A program made the position numbers and the translations under genes. The notes beneath the pieces are model-generated. The model ran no database searches, was not told the origin of the DNA, and saw only the letters and a program-made list of their open reading frames with translations. A DNA stretch of 64,000 nucleotides from Guillardia theta CCMP2712 (Eukaryota; Protista; Cryptophyta). This document shows positions 56,990 through 64,000 of this stretch, piece by piece (the first letter of the stretch is position 1; each line of letters opens with the position of its first letter). The stretch spans positions 60,510 to 124,509 of the forward strand of contig NW_005434598.1 of assembly GCF_000315625.1 (NCBI RefSeq). Reading direction: 5' to 3'.

Positions 56990-58945
56990 TAAAATGAAAT
57001 TCATCAAGTTTGTACCTGTAATGGCGCAAGAAAAACTCTCTCCCGCAGCAACCGTAGCCACATCTGCATCTTATAGAGATGTCATTGCTGAATTATCGTG
57101 CAAGCATGAAGAAGAACCAATGAAAACTTTTGTTGGAGCCTTGAGATGTTTTAGCTTGTCTTGCTGTTCCAACAGCTCCCCTGAAAGGACATTGTAAACG
57201 CTCTCAACTGATAATTGTTTGTACCAGTCCGCTCTGAAACATGTCGATAAAACTCGTCGTCGTCATCATCATCGTAAAATCGTTCATCTCGATTTCGAAC
57301 GTCCTTGTCTTTATCATCCACAACAACAAGGTTGTCTTCGTTCCCGACGTTTTCTCCCCACCAATACAAGAAAGAAGTGCATCCCGCTTGTTTGTTCCCA
57401 TCTCCTTGCTCCAAGTCTACATCATTGTCTGTGCCTGCTCCTTCATTCTCATCATCGCGATCTTTTGTGATGATGGTATTATGCCGCACTCCTGCTGCCG
57501 CATCCACAACCCTATCAAAGTTGAATGAGAAGGAAGCAAGAAAAATCCGCTGAAAGTTCACAGCAGAAACAATCAGTCTCAATAGAAGCCTTGCCTTTCT
57601 GACGGTGAAATTTCCAGCCGAAACGGGACATGCAAGAATTCTCCTTTGGGCTGGATGATGGGAATTAAAGATAATTGAGAAGTTAGAACAGAACGAGTGA
57701 GTTGCTGTTGTTGACAGCCATGCAGCATCTGTCAATTACCTCCTGTAGGTTGTAAGATTTCCAATCAACATCAGCGATGAAGTCGCCATCCACCTGAGAA
57801 GCAAAGAGTTTACAACGTGAATGATGCACAAATCTAACGCGATCACAGTGACAAACCAGGAAGATCAGTAGTTCAAGTACAACTTGGATCGGTCAAGAGA
57901 GGGAAAGTAGACAGACAAATAGAAGATAAGATAGTCCTCATTTCACCTTAGCCGATATCAGTCCGAGCCTCCCTCCCTCCATACATCCCCACACGTAAAG
58001 AAAACCTGAATCAAAGAAGTAATGAAATGAATGTCAACAATGACATGAAACAGAAATGAGAAAAGACAACGAGCAAAGCTTCGATTAGCAAATATGAAAC
58101 GCTGAACATTTGCAACACGAAAGAGGACAAAATGTTGAAGAGAACAAAATTCTTGAGCAGAGCCCTTCCTGCTCCTGCTCCTGCCCCTCCATATCATCAT
58201 CATCGTACTTATCATCATCAACATCGGCATCGGCATCACTATCACAACCACACTATCGGTATCATCTCAAACATCACTCTCTCAACATCTTCGAGCATCT
58301 CTCTTCACCTTCGACTGTCATCGCCATCGAATGTGCTTCCCCGCACGCAACATGTGTTGCTTCACAGCTAAGCCCTAGTTCCTCGCTCCTCGTGCTGTTC
58401 ATCGTCCTCCAAACTTGCGTCGGGCGCGACACCATAGCTTCATTCCCATGCCCGAGTCGACCTGAATCGCCTGATCCCCAGGTGTACACAAACCCATTGT
58501 CTGCTAACATCACTGCAAGAAGAATGTCAATGTGAAACATCAACACCAAATATGAAAGTATTGGTGAAATATCTTAATTTTTCATCGTCATCGTCATCGT
58601 TATCGTCGTCTCCATCAGCAACAAGAACAAGACCAAACCCAGGAACCAGAACAAGAACAAGAACAAGAACAAGAACAAGAACAAGAACAAGAACAAGAAC
58701 AAGAACAAGAACAAGAACAAGAACAAGAACCCAGTGGTCAATCAGTAGTCGAGGCTACTTACTTGCATGTTCTGGTCCAGCAGCAACATCAAGAACGAAG
58801 ATGCTCTCTTGATTTCTTGTTTCAAGTTCGTTTCCTTTCCCTCTTTCTCTTACAACTCTGATTTGCTGAGGTCTCAAGATCTGCAAGATACATTGTATGA
58901 GATGAAACATCGCCTCCTCCTCCTCCTCCTTTTCTCCTGCTCCTG

Positions 58946-58980
<35 letters not shown>

Positions 58981-61900
58981 TGTCCTCATCCTCATCCTCA
59001 TCCTCATCCTCGTCCTCGTCCTCCGTCCTCGTCCTCATCGTTTCTTTCCTTGCCATCCGATGACGGCCCATGCCCGAGCTGTGCACGTTGAAGTTACAGA
59101 CGGTCGAACAGAGTGAAGAAACAACCTGACCACAAGTGTTGAGACCCCAAGTGAACATCCTGTCTCATCGGCATCATGAACAACTCACCAGCTCCCCTCC
59201 CCTCCCCGCCCCTCCCCTCCTGTCCTCTCTTCTCTCCTCACCTTGCTTCTCTTCCCTCCTATCCTGTCCTGTCCTGTCCTGTCCTGTCCTGTCCTGTGCC
59301 TTCCCCTCCCCGCCCCTCCCCTCCTGTCCTCTCTTCTCTCCTCACCTCGCTTCTCTTCCCTCCTGTCCTGTCTTGTCCCCTCCCCTCCCCTCACCTCACC
59401 TCCCCTCCTATCCTCTCTTGTCTTCTCTCCGCTTTTCTCTCCCCTCGTCTCCCCTCTCCTCCCTCATCACCTTCCACGAGCAGTGACTGCTATCGTAAAC
59501 CTGTCGCCACAAGCAACCTGCATGGCCTCAATCACATTATGACAACTTGTTCTCCTAACTCACCGCAGTGAAAACATGTTCATAAGAGTCCATGAGCATG
59601 GTTTCTCCTATTCAATGTGAGGAAAGAGTAGAGCAAGATAAGAGAATTCATCGTGTGGTATCGTACACACAGTTGATGTAATGGTACATAAGTGTTGAGA
59701 TGGAAAGTTGTTGATATGTTTCCATGTCTGACATCATTGCATGCTTGTTATCATGGTTTTGTTGTTGATAGTGTAGGCTATGGCATCTCAACCTTTTTGA
59801 TTTACCTTCTTCGTTGAGAAAAGCTCTGATCATGTGAGGATTTCTGTTCCCATGATCATTTTCAGCGTCACCCTCATCGTCATTGTTGTCGTTCTCAATA
59901 TTCTTGTCACAATCTTCCTCTTCCACCACCACCACCACCGCCGCCGCCGCCTCCTCCTCCTCCTCCTCCCCGCTCCTCCTCCTCCTCCTCCTCCTCCTCC
60001 TCCTCCTCCTCCTCCTCCTCCTCCTCCTCATCATCATCATCATCATCATCATCATCGTCGTCGTCGTCGTCGTCATCATCATCATCATCGTCATCATCAT
60101 CATCATCATCATCATCATCGTCATCTCCATCATCATTATCATCATCTCCATCGTCGTCGTCGTCGTCGTCATCATCATCATCACCATCATCATCATCTTC
60201 TTCATCTTCATCTCCATCATCTCCATCATCCAACATCTCAAACCTGAACGCTTTCACACTTGATCCGTGTCCAAGACCAACATGCAAATCATCACTCCCG
60301 ACATGCCCAGTCCTCAGGCTCCAAGTGAACAACTCTCCTTCCATCGAGACACCAGCAATGTGATGTCGCCCGACAGAGATCTTTCCTTCACGTCAGCGTC
60401 TACCAACCATGAGTGCAGATTCACTTGTTTGATGTTTTTGTGCATCAAAGCCTCCACACACTGGAAGAAAGGACTTCAGGAACTAAATCCTGCCTCCTCC
60501 TCCTCCTCCTCCTCCTCCTCCTCCTCTTTCGCTGCATGATGTCTCACCTGAGGTCTCCAGGAACGAAGTCCCCACTGAAGTAGAAAACTGCTCGGAGGAA
60601 GAGCCTGCGACAAGTATGAACGTTCAAGTGAAGCAGCGAGGGAGGAGGTCGAGGAGGACGAGGACGAGGACGAGGACGAGGAGGTCGAGGAGGACGAGGA
60701 GGTCGAGGAGGAGGAGGTGGTGGTGGTGGAGGTGCAGCAGCAGTAGCAGAACTTGTACCTCCACCAACACAGCATTCTCTTCAACCACAGCACTCCACTC
60801 CTACTGGATGTCAGAGACGTTCAAGGATACAAAGGAGGAGGACCTGTTGTGGTCGGCGGTAACGATTCACAAGCTCAGACATGTCTGGTAGTTCAAGAAT
60901 CTGTTTGAAGAGACATTGATGAGAAGATGATGATGAATAGAACACATCTGTTGTGCTACCTGCTGGCAAGACAGTCTCGCCCCTGGATCTTTTTCCAGCA
61001 GTTTCGTGATCAGCGTTTCAAGAACATCGTCGAAGACACTTTCAATCACGGTTGACAACTTAGCAAACGAATTCTTGCAGATGCACATTGCCAACTGTTT
61101 GCAGACATGTCACTCCAGCAGGCAGGCAGGCAGGCAGGCAGGCAGACACAACATCATCTCTTTACCATAAACAATCTACCTCATCAAGCACAATACCAGA
61201 GTATTTGAGCAGGTATGGAAGGAAAATATTTACCTTGGACACATTCTTTGCTTGAAATGGTCTTGTCTTTGTGCACAACTCATACAAAGTGACTCCCAGA
61301 GCCTTCGTTTCATTACTGCAACACAACTACAAATTCGTATCATTACCCATGAATCCGCTTTCTCGAAATCTTTGCACAATCCCTGAAACAGCAGCACCTT
61401 ACAAGACTTACACCAGAGCATTTTTCTTATCATGACCTACCAGCCAACACTCCGGTGCGAGATAGTATGGAGTGCCGACAATCCTTCCTGTAACAACCTC
61501 TTAATCACTATAGATCCCAGCCAAACGTCAGAGGCGCTATCCTCTCTCGCAGCACCGCTCCTCCTCTTCACTTCTTATCCCTTGCATCTCCTCGCTGGTT
61601 CCCCCCTCGCTCTCCTCTCCTCTCCTCTCCTCTCCTCTCCTCTCCTCTCCTCTCCTCTCCTCCTCTCCTCCTCTCCTCCTCTCCTCTCCTCTCCTCTCCT
61701 CTCCTCTCCTCTCCTCTCCTCTCCTCTGTCCTATCCCCTCCTCAACCTTTCTGCGTCGGATCATCCGTCCATCGTTGGTGCGGGTCCTTGTAGTTCGCAT
61801 CTCTCAACCATCCTTCCCCAAGATCTCCAACCTTGACAACCACAAAACTTGATATCAACAAGCACAACTCGATCGATCTGGACCTTGTCAACTCACCTTG

Positions 61901-62876
61901 ACGCAATCGATATTTCGCAGAAACACGTTGGCAGGTTTGAAGTCTCGATGTACAATCCCCTTTCCAACCTTGGAGTCAAACACAGTGTCACATACGAACA
62001 TTTTTCACCTTAGAATGTAAGTAAGCAAGTGCCAATGCACACTGAATGAAAATACTGTAGATCTGCAAAGATGCGAAACTTCAATATGAGGATAACATTT
62101 CTCGCAAGGTTCTCTCATGCAAGTACAACATTGTTGATATGAAGCTGCGGTGTCATTGGCTCAGTGTAATTCTCCAAACATCCTCCACCTTGCCGGTGAC
62201 TCAGTCAGTTCGCAAAAATGCCAACCAACACTCACTTGCAAACTCCATGACCACAAAGAGAAACCCGTCCTCAACAAAACAATCTTCGTATCCTACTCTG
62301 CAGACTTCAATCAGATCCAGATGTCATGGAAAGATTTGCTCTCAACATGTAGGGATGTCGTATCATGGCCAGCAATTGCGTCTCACGCAACTTCGAGGAC
62401 TTCTCGATTATCTGAGCTCGCAAACATCATACAAATGCTCTGATTGTTGCATCATCTTTCATACGGTTTCCTTCGCCATGGAAATTTTCTTGATGACATA
62501 TCTGTCGAAGAACCAACGTGAGGTACATCCGGCATCACGATCCGTGGAAACAAACTTCTCTCGCTTGTCAGGCATGCCTGTGATATAGTCCTTCCTATTG
62601 ACATTGGACAACCTGTCAGGATGAGGAAGGCGTCGGGTGCAGGTGCAGATGTAGGAGCAGGTGTAGGAGAGCAGAAGCTGCAGAAGGAGGAGCAGAAGCA
62701 GGGGAAGGAGGAGCAGGAGGGGCAGGAGGGGCAGGAGGGGCAGGAGGGGCAGGAGGGGCAGGAGGGGCAGCAGAGGCAGCAGAGCAGGGGCAGGATCGGC
62801 CACACCTGTACCCCAGCCATGCGGTCCCGTTGGCTCCCTCCCCGATAGCCTGTTCGAGCGACCAGTCTCCTGACAT
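56990..62876 (-). CDS. NEK-like Ser/Thr kinase with C-terminal RCC1 repeats (NEK8/NEK9-type architecture); many exons
   Basis: Kinase motifs IGEGANGTAWL, YVIKKI, FVEDGFLFVVMEFA, HRDFKPANVFL, GDLG, VGTPYYLAPE, GVTLYELCTKTRPF and LLEKDPGARLS. RCC1 repeats FTWGLNTCGQ, VYTWGSGDSGRLGHG and VACGEAHSMA. 3' end approximate. Confidence 0.85.
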
Positions 62877-63014
62877 GAGCAAGTTCGCTGCCTCTCTCCT
62901 CTCTCTCACTCCTTCTCCTCCCCTCACGATCGGACTAGCATGCTGATGATTTCATTCCTGTATTCTGCCCGACAGGGTGGCACGGTGAGGCTAGCGTTGT
63001 GTCCGACGGGATTG

Positions 63015-63155
63015 AGTTCCGCGGCCGGCCCGGCGCGGCCGCCGGCGGGCTTCGGTGGCAAGGCTTGGCGCCGGGCCCGGCGGCCCGGCCCACGGACTCC
63101 GTACAACCGGGCCGTGTTGACAACAGCCCGCCGGGCCCCGCCGCGGCCTGGCATT
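63015..63155. other. GC-rich CCGG/palindrome island upstream of the kinase gene
   Basis: ccgcggccggcccggcgcggccgccggc, ccgggcccggcggcccggcc and similar words. Confidence 0.6.
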
Positions 63156-64000
63156 CACTGAGAGACGGTCCCAGATGCTCGCACTTGGGAATCATGACTT
63201 GTCGGAACTTGAGCGGCCAAGATGTATCAGGTCAGTGAAGAGATCCGATGATCGCCGACATCAACGGTACCGGCATTCCGCGGCTTGTGAATTTTGAGGC
63301 CCTACAGAATTTTCCGATGGGGTCCCGTCCGACTCAGGGTCACTCAGAGCCTGTAGGGGTTGGTATGACTAGTATGTGCATCAGGTGCAGGACTTCTGGA
63401 TGCTCTTCCGTAAGGCTTAACAAAGGCAGGCTGCCAAGTTCCATGTTTTGGCGCGGCCGCATCATTGCTGGCCTTAAGGTTTAGGTAAACCCCCCCCACT
63501 GGTTGGTTCACTGCTACCCATTCCTTTGTTGGAAACAGCCTGGCACAGCTGTTGCATTGCGGTCGCTTCGGGTACAGCCCTCAATGAAGTGAAGAAATCA
63601 GTCACGAAGACGTGGATGACTGTAGCCTGTGACTGATGAACAGCTTCTGATTGTCTTCGTGATATCTTACCACTGATGATCAGGAGGACTTCGCAATGGT
63701 ATCATTAGCTTCTTTACGTCATTCACAAATTGATTCAAACAAGAAGTCAAAAAGAATATAGTCCACTAGTATGACTTCCATGGCGGGCATCGATGAGCCT
63801 TTAAGACGCGATTCCACGTCCCTCTCATCGCCCTCATAGAGATAGGGTCTCCTCTACTGCAGTGACTCCTCCGGAGGCTCCAGTGGAAACGACAGGTACA
63901 ACTCCAGCCACTCGTCACTTATCTCTCCTCCTCTCTCCTCCTCCCCTCCCTCCCTCCCCTCCTCCTCCTCCTCCTCCTGCTGTATCATATGATCCCGTGC

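Noticed and set aside
63480-63790. Minus-strand fragment LYPKRPQCNSCARLF resembling a Pcf11-type zinc finger
   Set aside because: Short match interrupted by stops, lacking the His ligands, and near the window edge.

Overview
Eukaryotic nuclear DNA from a draft assembly, with N gaps at about 1601-2506, 12550-12649, 24507-24606, 27870-27969, 30036-30431, 40043-40865, 43598-44235 and 45939-46038. It is gene-dense, with many short GT-AG introns and introns filled with CCT/CTCCTG/CAT/GGA microsatellites. The style and a bipartite plastid-targeting leader suggest an alga with a complex red plastid, such as a cryptophyte like Guillardia (inference, not verified). Genes recognisable after manual splicing: 3' part of a GH2 beta-galactosidase, a bZIP factor, a DRAM/Frag1 membrane protein, a type II peroxiredoxin, a PARP-like protein, a triple-SAP YqeH/NOA1/BPG2 GTPase, a GDP-sugar transporter, a beta-helix protein, an MFSD5-type transporter, a short AMP-binding-like protein, a small PH protein, FANCL and a NEK-like kinase with RCC1 repeats. 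Three observations stand out. (1) An intact, intronless 845-aa Crypton-type tyrosine recombinase ORF (37152-39689, minus) has lost most catalytic residues, including Tyr to Cys, and is a candidate domesticated transposon-derived DNA-binding protein. (2) A recurring non-coding module at gene 5' ends combines strand-polarised GGGTAGGGT/ACCCTACCC clusters with CCGG-palindrome islands. (3) A non-autonomous copia-type LTR element (6352-7807) has inserted into one such island with a CCGGG target-site duplication. Boundaries of spliced genes are approximate unless stated, and family assignments come from motif recognition, not database searches.
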